Notes: generated by a model not told the origin, from the sequence alone. Shown: positions 1 through 11,965, numbered from the stretch's first letter. The stretch: DNA of 64,000 bases from Entomortierella parvispora E1425 (GCA_020891255.1 BQFW01000008.1:186001-250000), one strand, 5' to 3'. Translations and numbers: made by a program.

Positions 1-148
1 TTTTTTTTTTTCTTTGGGTGGCTTTTGTCCTCATGGCTGGTTCGTTTGTTGCAAAAATAGCAGACCTTCAGCGAGCAAGAGGGCACACATGCAAGGGTTT
101 TCAGGGCAGGGTACTTACGGTTTGTGGGTTTTTTCCCCCTCACGATAG

Positions 149-1454
149 ATGTACCAAGTCATTTACAGTTCAATTGTGATCTGGTGCGCGATTTTGACCA
201 GGATCTTCCTGTCCCGGAAACTGAACAATGTCCAGTGGGTTGCAATTGTGGGAGTAACGTTCGGATTGGCTGTCAGTGCGTTGGGAACGGTTCAGGAGGA
301 CTCGCCTGATGGGCCTGTTCAAAGCTGTAAGTGTCTTTTGCTCTCTCTTTTCATCTCTCCTGCAAGGGGCGATAACAATCAAAGGAGCATGGGCAGGATG
401 GAATGGAAAACGCTGGACAATCAGCAGCCAATTATTAGACCAACGTGTCACAGAGACATGTTCGCGCGGCTGGGTCAACAAACAAGGAGAAAGGCACGGG
501 ACTTTGGGCTAGGGACCGCAGGGACGCAAAGAACGCAGGGACGATGGCAAACAACAAAGAGAGGCAAAGCCTTGGGCGAAGGCGGGGAGAAGCACAGCCA
601 TGTCATCATCGTGCCGTAATTGTGCACGACACGAACACGATCCGATCCAAAGCCCATCTTGTTTTTTTTTTTTTCTTTTTTTCTAAAAAGAATGGAAAAT
701 GAAAAGGCTCAGTTTGTTTTCGAGTTCCACAGGGATTGACCGAGTTGATTTTTTTTCCCTTTGTTGACTAGGGCTGGAAAAGTCGTTTGGGGCGTTGATC
801 ACCTTGGGCGCCACCTTTCTTTACGCGTGCGTCTATGTCCTCTCGGACAAAGTCCTGTCCACGTTCAAACCTACACCCGTCCCGGAAAAAGTCTGCTCGA
901 TGGTCGGAGGCTATGCTGCGTTGCTCACGTTCATCTATCTCTGCGTCTACACCTTTCCCAACTGGCAAACGGAGGTTGTAGAGGTGGTCGAGGCCCATGG
1001 GTCGAACTGGACAGGAATCATCATGGTCTATCCACTGGTCACGATCTCGTCCATGCTGCACTCCTTGAACTATTACGTGCTCTTGTCCAGGATCAACAAC
1101 ATTGCGGTCGGCATCATGCAGTCCTTGAGGGCCGTCTTGGTCTTTGTCATGAGCCACTATCTGTTCTGTGGCATCTCTCAGACGCAATGCTTTAACGAAT
1201 GGAAGTTTATCTCGGCCATCGTCGTCATTGGGTGCGTCACCTTGTTCAGCTTCAGCTCACCACCCAAGGCTGTGGAGGCCGATGCTGCCAATACTACAAC
1301 GGCGTCGATGGATGCTGCTGGATCCCCCTTGTCTGCAGATCCTGAACATTTTGTTTTTCAACAACAACCTCGCTTTGAGGGAAGGACCACAGCTCTTCAT
1401 AGAACCCACTCTCCGATACCCCGACGCAGCGCGTCCTCAGAATACTCGCCATGA
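149..1454 (+). CDS. SLC35/DMT-family (nucleotide-sugar transporter-like, SLC35F6/EamA-type) membrane transporter, 5' partial
   Basis: Exon 149-326 (YQVIYSSIVIWCAILTRIFLSRKLNNVQWVAIVGVTFGLAVSALG) follows an AG at 147-148. GT-AG intron 327-771 joins in frame (PVQS-W-LEKSFGALITLG) to exon 772-1454, which has several hydrophobic helices. Upstream exons lie outside the window. Confidence 0.75.
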
Positions 1455-1803
1455 TTTGCCATTAAAAGAAGGGGATCTATATGTGGAGTATTATATATTT
1501 ATTCATTTGTTTTTTGTATTTTGTTTGAAAAAAAGTGGACGAGGGGGGTTGAGGTGGATATATTATGAAGAGTAGACATACAAAGAAGCAACAACCAAAA
1601 CAAAAAAAGCAGCACCGCACCGTCCACGTCAACAAAAGGCACTCCGGACACTCTGCACGAGGTGTATGACTATATCTCCCGCGTGCCCTTCTTCTTGAGT
1701 CAATGTCGCGTTTTTTTTTTCCTTTTCTTTTTTCCCAGGTTCTTTTGGATATCATTTGTTTATGAAGTTTGTTCATTTTTTTTGTTTCGTTCCTTTTTTT
1801 TTT

Positions 1804-4800
1804 TTACACAACGGCAGACTCTGTCGTAACAGCTTGCCCAGGGCCCAAGATCCCGGCAAAGTCATCACTGGCGCCTCCGGCGGCGACGACCACGCCGTCA
1901 TGACTCGCTCTGCTTTGACTGCTGCTTCGACTGCTGCTGGTACCGCTCCCACTGCCACTACCGCTTCCGCCGTGCATGCTCTCGTCCAGATCATGGCCGT
2001 TCAATGACGTTTCCGCATCTTGTTCCGAGACTGCGCTCAGATCCGAATGACCCGACTGTCCCGTCGCCGTCCTTGAATTCGAGAGCAACAAGGGTGGGGT
2101 CATGACCAAGGTCTTGCCCAACACTTCGCTTCCCGAGTTTTGTCCCTGGGTCGATGCTCCTCCGCCTCCTGCTGACAAGGATGTAGGCGACACGGCAGAG
2201 TTGGAGTTGGTCCGACTTCGGTTACGATGAGGAATCGTGATATTCCGTACAAAATTTTGAGCTCCGCGCAGCATGTGACCCACATGGTTGGAAGGGCTGA
2301 CTGACCCATGATGTTGCGAAGACGCAGGCCGCGCGGGCGGACTCGAGGAGGACGGTGCTGCGAATGGGATCGGCGTCACGCCAAAGCTTGAGACAAACAT
2401 GGGGGGTGAAGGTGCCATCAAAAATGCAGAAGACGGTGATTGCTGTCCAGCCGAGTTCATAGAGGACGAAGAGGTGGTCCGGGAGATGGCCATGGGGGCT
2501 GTGGTCGAAGCCGACAGGTGCTCCTGCTGTCCGGGGGTAGAGGTGGATGATGGAGAGGCCGCGTTCGAGGTGGCTGCCCACTCGCCCGTGCTCGCTTCTG
2601 CCTGTGCAACGTCATCCACTAGCATCGGTTGTGAAGGCGACACGGCAGTTTCCTGAGGCAAGAAGGGTGTTTCGCTAGGCGGCGTAGAAGCGACCACGAC
2701 TTCCATCGCACTGGGTTCAGTCTCTACTGTTGTAGAAATAGTCTCCGGTTCCTGATGCCTTACTGCTGTTTGGTCTTCAGCTGCTTCGGGTGCTTCAACG
2801 CTCGTTTCAGCTGGTGCGATTACGTCTATCACAAAAGTGACGATGCGTACGGTTAGAGATCGTCGTCATTGACTACTGTGCTGCAGCAGCAGCACGCCTA
2901 TGCCTATATAGGTATATGTTCTTACTCTCGACGGGTACTACGGCCGGTTCCTCGATCGGGTCATCGATTTCTACAGTATCGTCTAGATCTGCATAGGTCC
3001 TGCAGAGCGGGCAGTGGAATCCTGGATGGTGCTGAATCAGCATTGGTCGGATACACTTGTAGTGGTATACGTGTGAACAGGGAGCGACAAAAAGGGACTG
3101 GAAGGAGGCGATTCGGAAAAGACAGATGCAGCAGTCGGTCGAGTTGGCAGAGTTGGCGGTCGTAAGCTCACGAATGGCTTTGAGGGTGTTCATTCTGAAG
3201 GGATTCGCCTGTTGCTGCCAGGATCGGTTCAACTCGAGCCTCATCTTGACGCATCGGTAGATCTCTATGAAAAAGTTTTCATGCACAATGACAACAAGGT
3301 GTGGGCATATCCCTGTTAGCAAACCATGGCCATTTTTTTTTCAGGTACCGCGATCGGCATGCCCAAACACAGACAGGCAGTGTCCTGTTGCTGTTCAAGG
3401 GGGGGTTGTTCCTGTGCAAGAACATAGTCTGTTCTTTAGATCCGTTTGTTGTGTGTGTCTGTTCCAACGAGTCGCTCCCTTCCTCGTCTGTCCTGTCGAG
3501 CGAGGTCAGGCCGATCTTGTGACCACAATTTTGTTTTTTTCCTTGTGCACTTTGCGAGATAATTTTTGCCCTTTGCCGCACTGTTCGTCCCTGTCGTCAA
3601 GTTGGCCAGTGTCCGTCTTGTCCTCTGTGCTCTGATCCACGATGGTTTATCCATTCATATATATTCATGGAGATGCCCCAAGCTCTTTTGCAGTTGGCAG
3701 GTGCAGCAAGTGCAGCAGGTGCAGCAGCCAAACCGCACAACAACGACCACGGTCCACTGTTTACCTTGTGTGCCGCCCTGGTAATCCACGCCCAGTTGAA
3801 TCACATCGCCATCCTTGAGCGGTGTTGGTTTGGACTCGACTCCTGGTGGCGACAGTCGAGCGTGGTTCAGAAATGTGCCAGAGGACGACTTTGTGTCCCG
3901 GATATAAAACTTTTGAAGAAGAACGAGAACAGAGAGCCGATTCGATTAGTATCCTTTTCATGCAATTTCGCCCACTTGTGATCACAGAAAAGCGTGCGCA
4001 CGACCAAAAGAAGGGGAAGAGAGAGATGGAGAGATACACGATAGCTCCACCCCCCTGGGCACCACACCACACAACCCACTCCCTTTTTTTCCCAGTTGGC
4101 TCTGTTTTCTCCACCTCTTTGTGTCCCTTCGGAAGGACAACCAATCCATGTCTCTGCCACTGTCTGAGCACACAGCGCCAGGAGTGAGTCCAGCAACAAC
4201 AACAGAAGAGAAAAAAAAAAGAAACTCTTTTTTTTTTTTAAACTTTTGTATGACATGATGGACACAACACACTCACTGGTGCATCCATCCACACACACAG
4301 AGCAGACACAGATGCGCGATATAAAATATCCTTAGTTTCTGCATGACCCAGCTGCCAGCACCCGTCAGGCTCGGGTCTAGTCCCTTTTAGAGCGCGCTCC
4401 TATCGTCACCTCTCTCTCGCTGCCGTCGACCCTGCTTCAGTGCAGCGATGAGCAGGCAACGGAGAGAGTCAGAGGCGAGGGGTGGTTCGCTCTGGGAGGA
4501 CGGCTGCTCCATATTTCCAAACGACCCTGCCTACACCAACCACCCTCAGCATCGGTGAGCAAAAAGATATTCCTGGTGGTGGTTGCGTCCATCCCAAATT
4601 GAGCAAAATAGAGAGCACACAACCCCGAGAGAACAAAGAGGGAAGGGAGGGAGGGAGAGAGAGAGAGAGAAAGAGATAGCGAAAGACTGCACGCGTGCGA
4701 ACCGGATCATGTTGATACTGCCCCAGGACGGAGAGCGAGGCCAGAGCGTGCACCGTGAATGGCAATCAACTCCTGCAGCTTTGCTTATTTTGAGGTTGTC

Positions 4801-5091
4801 AGTTGGTTTTTTTTTGTTTGGATTCTGTTTCCTTGGAGACAGGGTGGTTGGTGTGTGTGTGTGTGTTTGTCTGCGTCTGTGTGGTGGGTGGGCCTCGTGG
4901 GCATGAATCCATCATCATCATGACAGAAAGTACAGCGACAGCGTATAGAGTAGAGAGGAGGGGAGTGGAGACCCTCTGCCAGCAACGATCATGGTCATTG
5001 GTCCATCTGTCCGCCTGTGTCTCTGTCTCTCTGCCGCACAGGGTAAAGCCCTCTCCAGTCAGTCCGTCCGTCAGTCAGTCAGTCAGTCAGT

Positions 5092-5122
<31 letters not shown>

Positions 5123-5809
5123 CCAGTCACTGACGGTCTGTCGGATCGATCGTCCTTGCCGTGCGTGGTCAGAACTGCAACCCTGCGTAAAGGGCAAAGG
5201 TCCAAAAGAGGGCGTATCCGAACAAGCAATGACAACATCACCCATGGCCCTGTTTCTCCACCCATCCACCCTGTCTTCCATGCACCTATTGACGCACTCG
5301 CGCATGCAACAGTTCTGCATGCTTGGCCACCAACTCTCAGGATCAAGAGAAGAGCGGCAAAAAAAAAAAAAAAAAAAAAAGATCCCCTTCCGCTCCCCTC
5401 AAAAAGTTCCAAGCTCCGATTGTCCGAACTTCTTCTCTGGATGTTTCCCATGATCTTTCCAACGTTGCTAAGGGACGACAAAAGAAAAAAAGACACAACA
5501 TACCTTTCCACGCTCTGTATAGATCTCGGCATGTCCACGGGAGACCACCTTGGACTTGAAGGTGACACGGCTGGGGAGGGCCTGCTTGTCTGTGAAGCGA
5601 CCAATCTTGAGGACAAAGCCCTCGGGCACGTCCTTGTCGACGACCTCAAAGTGCAGTGACCGGGGCGCGTCCAGGTGGGGGACGATCCGGATATGGGGCA
5701 CAGCTGGTGCTGTAGAAGTAGCAGCAGCAGCAGGTTCAGTGGCAGTGGGGGAGGTGGCCAAGGTAGCAGAAGCAGGAGCATTGGCCGCTGGGCCAGGCTG
5801 GGAGCTCAT
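1804..5809 (-). CDS. DMA1: FHA + RING-H2 E3 ubiquitin ligase, Dma1/Chf1-like
   Basis: Exon 5809-5504 carries the FHA motifs GR...SKVVSRGHAEI. Exon 3909-3765 reads FYIRDTKSSSGTFLN...LGVDYQGG. The exon from 3264 reads EIYRCVKMR and then RING CCICL...CSHVYHYKC...CPLC. A Ser/Pro-rich last exon ends at the TAA at 1804. Confidence 0.9.
5056..5130. repeat. (CAGT)n/(CCGT)n compound microsatellite inside DMA1 intron 1
   Basis: Directly visible tetranucleotide run cagtcagtccgtccgtcagtcagt... Confidence 0.9.
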
Positions 5810-7117
5810 GCTGGACAATGACAATGGAAATGGGACGAGGAAAGGCAACTTGTGAAGAGGGTGAGAAGTGTGCGAGTGGGAAGAAAGAGAAAAAGAGACA
5901 GAGCAGGTGGTGGTCGTCAAGAGACAGACGAATGAGGCAGGGGTGGCGTAATGGAAGGGAGAAGGAAGGGGAAGAAGGAAGGTGGGGGAGGAAGGGTGAA
6001 GAATGGGTTGATGGGGAACAAGAAGAGAAGGAAAAGACGGGAGAAAACAGACAGAAAAGAAGAAGGAAAGAAAGACAGCACGGACATGGGTTTGCTTGGT
6101 CTTGTTCTCCACAAACACACAACACACAACACACAAACAGACACACACAACATTCACAGACATGTACCTATCTATCCATCCAAACATCCATTCACTCACA
6201 CTCCACCTTTTACTGCTCCGTCCCTCGCGCGTCCTCGTCCAAGGCCTCTTTTCTGTCGGTCGGTCAGGTCGGTCTTCCCTTTCTTGCGCGCCCCTCCTTC
6301 CTTTTCCTCCGCCCTTTCTTCCTTCTTTTTTCCCTCCCTCCTTCCTTCTTTCTTTCCTCTCTTCAGTAAGCAAAAACGACGTAGCCCTCCATTACTGCCC
6401 TGCTCTACTCAACGACCCCATTCCGCATTCTATTCTCCGCACCTTGACCCCCTGCCAGGTCGCCCATATCATGTTGTCATCGCTGTCGTCGATCTGGCCT
6501 GCTAAAAACCAAACAAAAAAAAAAAAAGAAAAAGAGACAAAATAAAAAAGAACAGAGCACATGATGATCATGGTCCGTTTGACGTTGACGATGACAGCTT
6601 TCTTCTTCTACAGCTCCTGCATGTTATGCTGATCATCACCGATACACCGCCCAAAGGGTGAGCCAACCGTATCCACAATTGACTCTGGAGCCAAGTCGGA
6701 ATGGACCGTCTCCGTCCTGCACAAAAATCGCTTTTGGGTATGGTCATTTTTTTTTTCCTCCCACGGGGACAACTGGCGCTCCCAGCCACAGCCAGTGGTC
6801 CAATGTCTCAATTGGTGGCAACAATACACGTGACAAATCGCAGCACAGTCATGTGATCCGATCCCGTGACTCAGGCACCAAAACGCCACCAATTTCATTG
6901 TGGCGCAACCACCCCCAATTGCTCACCATCAAAAATTCCTGTCAAGGCTCACCTCATCCCAGAATTGTCAATTAGTTGTCGCCTGCACAATGTACCTTTC
7001 TTACTTCAGTAAGGTTGGAGCTACATAAGCATGGTCTATTACATTCCATTTCGGATCCCGCCCTCGGCCTTTTTTTCTTTTTCTTTTGTCAAAACCAGCC
7101 CCTGTCATGATGACGGT

Positions 7118-7165
7118 AGCGGTGATGATAGCGGTGATGATAGCGGTGATGATAGCGGTGATGAT
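7118..7165. repeat. 12-bp minisatellite (AGCGGTGATGAT) x4
   Basis: Four perfect copies start at 7118, 7130, 7142 and 7154; intergenic. Confidence 0.95.
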
Positions 7166-7407
7166 GGCCCGCCTTTTTTTTTTTTTTTTTTTGTTTTCGA
7201 AACAGGATAAACCTTCGCGCGGCAATATCTCTTTTTATAATTTTTTTTTTTTTTTTTCATCATGGAATTTTATTTTACGTTGCTTTGCTCGACCCGCAAG
7301 AAAAGGAACACAAAGACATTTGTTTTGGGTTTGTGGACGGTAAATGGCGGGTTGGCTGGGTGTGGTGCGATGAGATGTGATGTGATGTGGTAAAAGGTAT
7401 CAATTAT

Positions 7408-8166
7408 CTAAATGAGAAGAGCAGCGGCAAAGGCCAAAGCGGCAAGAGGCGCCTGGGCAATCAATGAGGAGGCCCCGCTGGACTTGCCCGAAGAAGGAAG
7501 GTTGGAAGCGGTGGGGACAGCGGTAGCACCCGAAGTACCGGTAGCGGCGCCAGTGCCAGTGGTGGCGGCAGTGGCGGCGGCAGTGGCGGCGGCAGTGGCA
7601 GCGGCCTTGGTGCCGGAGGCGGAGCTACCAGCGCTGGCCACAGTGGCAGTCGAGTTGGAAGAAGTAGGAGCAGTGGGCCAGTCCGTGATCTTGAGGGCGC
7701 CCTCGCATCCTGCGTTGGAGTTACCCATGTTGCAGTCGGTTCCGAGCGCCTTGCAGAAACGAATGCACCAGCGGCCAGTGTTGGGTTCAAGCAACTCAAC
7801 AAAGACAGGCCAGCCAGGAGCACGGTTGTCACCAGAGTCAGCATGGATATCGTACTGTCCACCACCGTCAGTGGAGATCAAGCCCACGGCCGCGTCGTTC
7901 ATCAATCCCCAAGCCTGAGTATAAGAGGAAGTCACCAAGAATTGCTTAGTGGCAAAGAAGCTGGAAGGAAGGTTGGCAGCACCAGTGCTGTTGGTGCAGT
8001 GGGCAGTGCTGATGGTCTGGGCGTTGCCGATGATGTCGCCCGCGGGAGGCAAAAGCAAGCAAACAACATCGTCGGCTGGGTTGATGTAGACATTTTGGAC
8101 GGTAGCGCTGATGGTGCTGGCGAAGCCAAGGGCGGCAACGGAAAGGGAGAAGAGATTGATACGCAT
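7408..8166 (-). CDS. Secreted, probably GPI-anchored, 6-Cys protein with DGGGQYD motif (uncharacterised fungal cell-surface family)
   Basis: Intronless 252-aa ORF: signal peptide MRINLFSLSVAALGFASTISA, Cys domain (VCLLLPP...HCT...DGGGQYD...WCIRFC...DCN...GC), Ser/Thr/Ala linker, hydrophobic C-terminus after SSGASS. Confidence 0.85.
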   Translation of the reverse strand: MRINLFSLSVAALGFASTISATVQNVYINPADDVVCLLLPPAGDIIGNAQTISTAHCTNSTGAANLPSSFFATKQFLVTSSYTQAWGLMNDAAVGLISTDGGGQYDIHADSGDNRAPGWPVFVELLEPNTGRWCIRFCKALGTDCNMGNSNAGCEGALKITDWPTAPTSSNSTATVASAGSSASGTKAAATAAATAAATAATTGTGAATGTSGATAVPTASNLPSSGKSSGASSLIAQAPLAALAFAAALLI

Positions 8167-8898
8167 GTTGGAGGGGCTGGGGTAAAGTTGCTGTGTGGTT
8201 GTAGGGGAAGGGGAGAGAAAGGAAGGGTTCGCTAAAGGAGAGAAGAGAAAGCCGAGGGCTACTGTCTTTTAAACCCCTTTTGTACAAGAGTTCAGCCCCG
8301 GTGTCTGCGGCCACCCAAGATTAGACACCAGACGGGCAGTAAGGGCAGGGGGGTGCACAAGTCAAGGCAGGACCCGCGCCGCAAAAGGCCGCAGAGGTAA
8401 CCTTGCAAGAGCAGAGCAATTACAACAGAATGCGATATACAGTATCAACAAGTGAACGCACCAGTAAAGTAGCAATAACCTTTTACCTGTGGTCGCAGCC
8501 CCTCTTTGGGCCGTTATTACATTCAAAAGGAGAAACGCTAAACGGAAATTGGCAGGTACGAATGACGCTCAACCACTGTCCCACAAGTCATACCTCACCC
8601 GACAATATGAAAAAAAACAGAACCAAGAGATTGTCAAGAATAGACTGAGCCCAGCCAAGATCATCCGCCGGACTACACACGAACCTTTTTGGTAATCGCA
8701 GGGACACACACTCAGGTCGCGTTGGACAAGAATAGATTTTTCCCTGTCCAGCAGGACAACCGAGGTTCTTCCGCCCCGCTCCTTCTAGACAAACGCTTCC
8801 CTTCATAAAGGACCTCATTTCCGCCAAAGCCGACTTCTTTCTTCTCTTCGTCTCTCGTTCTCCCTCAGTCCCTCAGTCCCACACCTCATTCTGCCAAT

Positions 8899-10191
8899 AT
8901 GATTGCCCTTCAGACCGCAACTGTGCTGGCCGCAGTGTTCTTGTCGACAGCCAACAGCGCTGCCACTCCCACTGCCAGCTACCTCCCCCAGACATCACCC
9001 ACTTACCTCCCCTCCTTCCCTGCTCAGACTGGTGTCATTACCTCATGGCCTCCAGCCGACCCCTCTGCTCCTTTGCCCTCGGGCCCCCTCTCAACCGCCA
9101 CCCTCACCCTTTCTGGCTACCCCACTATGAACGTACCTGTTGCCAACGCTTCCGTCGATCCCAACATCATTCCTATCATGAACTTGATTGACTGGACTCA
9201 TGTTCCTGACGCACCCGTTACCACCAACACGACCATTGTCCCCGCTGGCGATCCCTACTGTTGGTGGACCCAAGGAGGATGTGTTACCCCCAAGATTAGC
9301 TACATCCCCCCAGATATTTACATCTGTCCTGTTCCTGACACCTGGGGTTTGACCTATGATGACGGTCCCATGTACTACTACCCCGTTACGCCCGAGAACT
9401 CCGTATGGGCCGAGCCCAACTTGTACGACTTCTTGCTCGCCCATAACAACCAAAAGGCCAACTTGTTCTACATTGGTTCCAAGATCATGGGTGCCCCAAT
9501 TGCTGCCCAGCGTGGATTGAACGACGGACACACCATCTGTGTCCACACTTGGTCCCATCCTTTGATGACCACTCTCACCAATGCCGAGGTTGTTGCCGAG
9601 TTCTACTACGGCTTGCGTATGATCAAGGAGGTCCTTGGAATCACGCCCAAGTGCTGGCGTCCTCCATATGGTGATGTTGATGATCGTGTCCGTGCCATTG
9701 CCTGGCAGATGGGTCTGCGCACCATTATTTGGGACCAGGACACCAACGACTGGCAGATTGTCGGTGACCAGGTTGCCCCCACCAGCTCCTCGATCTCTTA
9801 CGCCACCGCCAACAACACCGTTGAAGGATGGATTGCTAACCACGTCAAGGGCAACGATACCCAGCACGGCCACATCACTTTGGAGCACGAGTTGTCCAAC
9901 GCGACCATCACCCTTGCCGAGTTCTGGTTGCCCACCATCCAGAAGTTGTACCAGACCATGCCCGCCACCGCCTGTAACAACATTGCCCAGCCTTACTGGG
10001 AGGAGAGCTTTGTTTACCCGATTCAAGGAGACCAAGCCGTGAGCACTAACGGAACCGCCGTTGGTGGCAGCACCAGTTCTAACGGCACCACGACGCCCAA
10101 GATTGTGTCGTCTGCCGCTACCAAGTCTACTCAGGTCATGGGCTCTGTCATGACCCTTGTTGTAGCTGCTATCATGGCTTCTCTCCTGTAA
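8899..10191 (+). CDS. CDA: Chitin deacetylase (CE4/NodB polysaccharide deacetylase), secreted, probable GPI anchor
   Basis: Intronless 430 aa with signal peptide and all five CE4 motifs (TYDDGP, HTWSHP, RPPYG, DTNDW, ITLEHE), followed by a Ser/Thr tail and hydrophobic C-terminus. Confidence 0.95.
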   Translation: MIALQTATVLAAVFLSTANSAATPTASYLPQTSPTYLPSFPAQTGVITSWPPADPSAPLPSGPLSTATLTLSGYPTMNVPVANASVDPNIIPIMNLIDWTHVPDAPVTTNTTIVPAGDPYCWWTQGGCVTPKISYIPPDIYICPVPDTWGLTYDDGPMYYYPVTPENSVWAEPNLYDFLLAHNNQKANLFYIGSKIMGAPIAAQRGLNDGHTICVHTWSHPLMTTLTNAEVVAEFYYGLRMIKEVLGITPKCWRPPYGDVDDRVRAIAWQMGLRTIIWDQDTNDWQIVGDQVAPTSSSISYATANNTVEGWIANHVKGNDTQHGHITLEHELSNATITLAEFWLPTIQKLYQTMPATACNNIAQPYWEESFVYPIQGDQAVSTNGTAVGGSTSSNGTTTPKIVSSAATKSTQVMGSVMTLVVAAIMASLL

Positions 10192-11260
10192 AAAGTCTTG
10201 GGCCCGATAGGACATCGCGGATACCATCCGCACCTCACCTTTCTATATATTACGCCACTTTACTTGTCATACTACATATATTTAAGCCTTATTTCATAAA
10301 ATAAAAAACTATTACAACCATCACACACTCTTCAATTGCTGATGATCGAGTTAATGGGTTGTTGTTTTCAAGGAGTTTTGTCTTTCTCAAAGTGTCTTTG
10401 TCATTTCCTCGCCGGGGAAAAAAAAGGGGTTGTCTCGGCTGTTTTCTGAGGCATATTTAAAAATAACGTTTCGAGGCCTTCGATGACCAGGGGCACAAAG
10501 GAGTGAGCGCGCCTTTTCCCTGCTGATTGGGATTTATCCGCCCAATGAGAGCGCACGAAATTGTAATTATTCTCAGCAAATGCAGGGACGATTATGAGCA
10601 GGGACATGGGCCCTTTCCTTCTCCACTCCAAAAGAACGCTGCGCCTCTGAGGTTCGGAGGTTCAAAGCGATGGTATGACAGATGGAAAGAGTGGGCTTTT
10701 CTACATGTTCTTTGTGTTTGCCACCCCTTTTGGGCGTCAGTGTTGCCTCCTCTTTCCCCCTGACCCTTTGCGCCACTGATGGGGATGCATGTTCTCCTAT
10801 CTTTTTTCTTTTTTTTTTTTTGTTGTCCACCTTGTTGTGAATAAAGATGTTCCTTTTGAGCCCCCCGCGTAAGTTTGTTGTCAGTCAAATGAAAAACATG
10901 AGCATGTGTACTGTAGTAGTCTACTGAAAAATGTGAATATGAGCTATGTACTGTAGTCTACTGAGCTGTACATGTACCTGACTCGTTTTGCGGGGGGTTC
11001 TGTCAGCAGGATAGGGGTCATTGACGCGCTGCGGGCTAGCACAGCTCTATTTTTAATTGCTCGAAGAATGGTATTGCCATGGATGAAAACAGAAAAAAAT
11101 GTCCACAGGCCGGGGCCGCTCCTAACTCGTAATGGATGTACCCTGTCCATGCGACTATCTTTGGCATGTGGGGTATCACTGAAAGTCTTGTTAGTGATGG
11201 GTCTACTGTATCATACTGTAGTCATATATCATACCCCTAGGGATTAGCCAAGCAGTCAAG

Positions 11261-11965
11261 TTTGCGCCCATGGAGCACGCGTAAACTACAGTACCCGGTT
11301 GAACCATGCACCAGGATACTAAAATTACAGCAGTTTTTTTTTTTTTTGCGTTTTCCCGTTTGATCCGCAAGTGTCTCTGATTGTTTGGTCCCGTCAAACC
11401 TCTTTGCAAAACGCCCTTCAGTCTTGTTTCACCAAATGCTTGTACCGGGTCCTGTCTAACGGTTCATTACAATCAATTTTTACGCCCCTTGGAGCACGCG
11501 TAAACTACAGTACCCGGCCGAACCATACACCAGCTCCTACGCATCCGTTGTTCCAATGATACTAAAATTACAGCCATTTGATCCGCAAGTGTCTCTGATG
11601 GTTTGGTCCCGTCAAACCTCTTTGCGCCCTTCAGTCTTGCTTCACCAAAGTCGGGTCCTGTCTAATGGTCACTACAATCAATTTTTACGCCCATGGCGCA
11701 CGCGTAAACTACCTGATCGAACCATACATCAGCGTCTCCAATCCTTCAGATCCGTTGTTCCAATGATACTAAAATTACAGTACAGCAGTTTTTTTTTTTT
11801 TTTTTTTTTTTTTTCTTTTTTTTGGCGTTTTCTCATTTGATCCGCAGGTGTCTCCGATTGTTGGGTCCTGTCAATTCTCTTTGCAATACGCCGTCCAGTC
11901 TTGCTTCACCCAAACACTTGTGCCGGGTCCTGTCTACCACTTACTCTACTCATTACAATCAATTG
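11261..11965. repeat. Degenerate tandem array of three ~205-280-nt non-coding units
   Basis: Blocks gcacgcgtaaactac, gatactaaaattacag, tttgatccgca(a/g)gtgtctc, cagtcttg(t/c)ttcacc, cgggtcctgtcta and tacaatcaatt recur three times in the same order (units start near 11261, 11480, 11686). Indels between copies break the reading frames. Confidence 0.9.

Noticed and set aside
5468-6505. Several 100-300-aa ORFs upstream of DMA1, and similar ones at 22-23.6 kb, 31-32 kb, 50-52.4 kb and 59.7-60.3 kb
   Set aside because: They are translations of purine- or pyrimidine-rich UTR/promoter DNA (poly-K/E/R or F/L/S); only the part from 5809 down is real coding sequence.
9091-10233. 380-aa antisense ORF opposite the chitin deacetylase
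   Set aside because: Shadow ORF caused by codon bias of the sense gene; no motifs of its own.
11261-11965. CRISPR-like reading of the tandem array
   Set aside because: Eukaryotic context, the whole unit is repeated with no unique spacers, and there are no cas genes.
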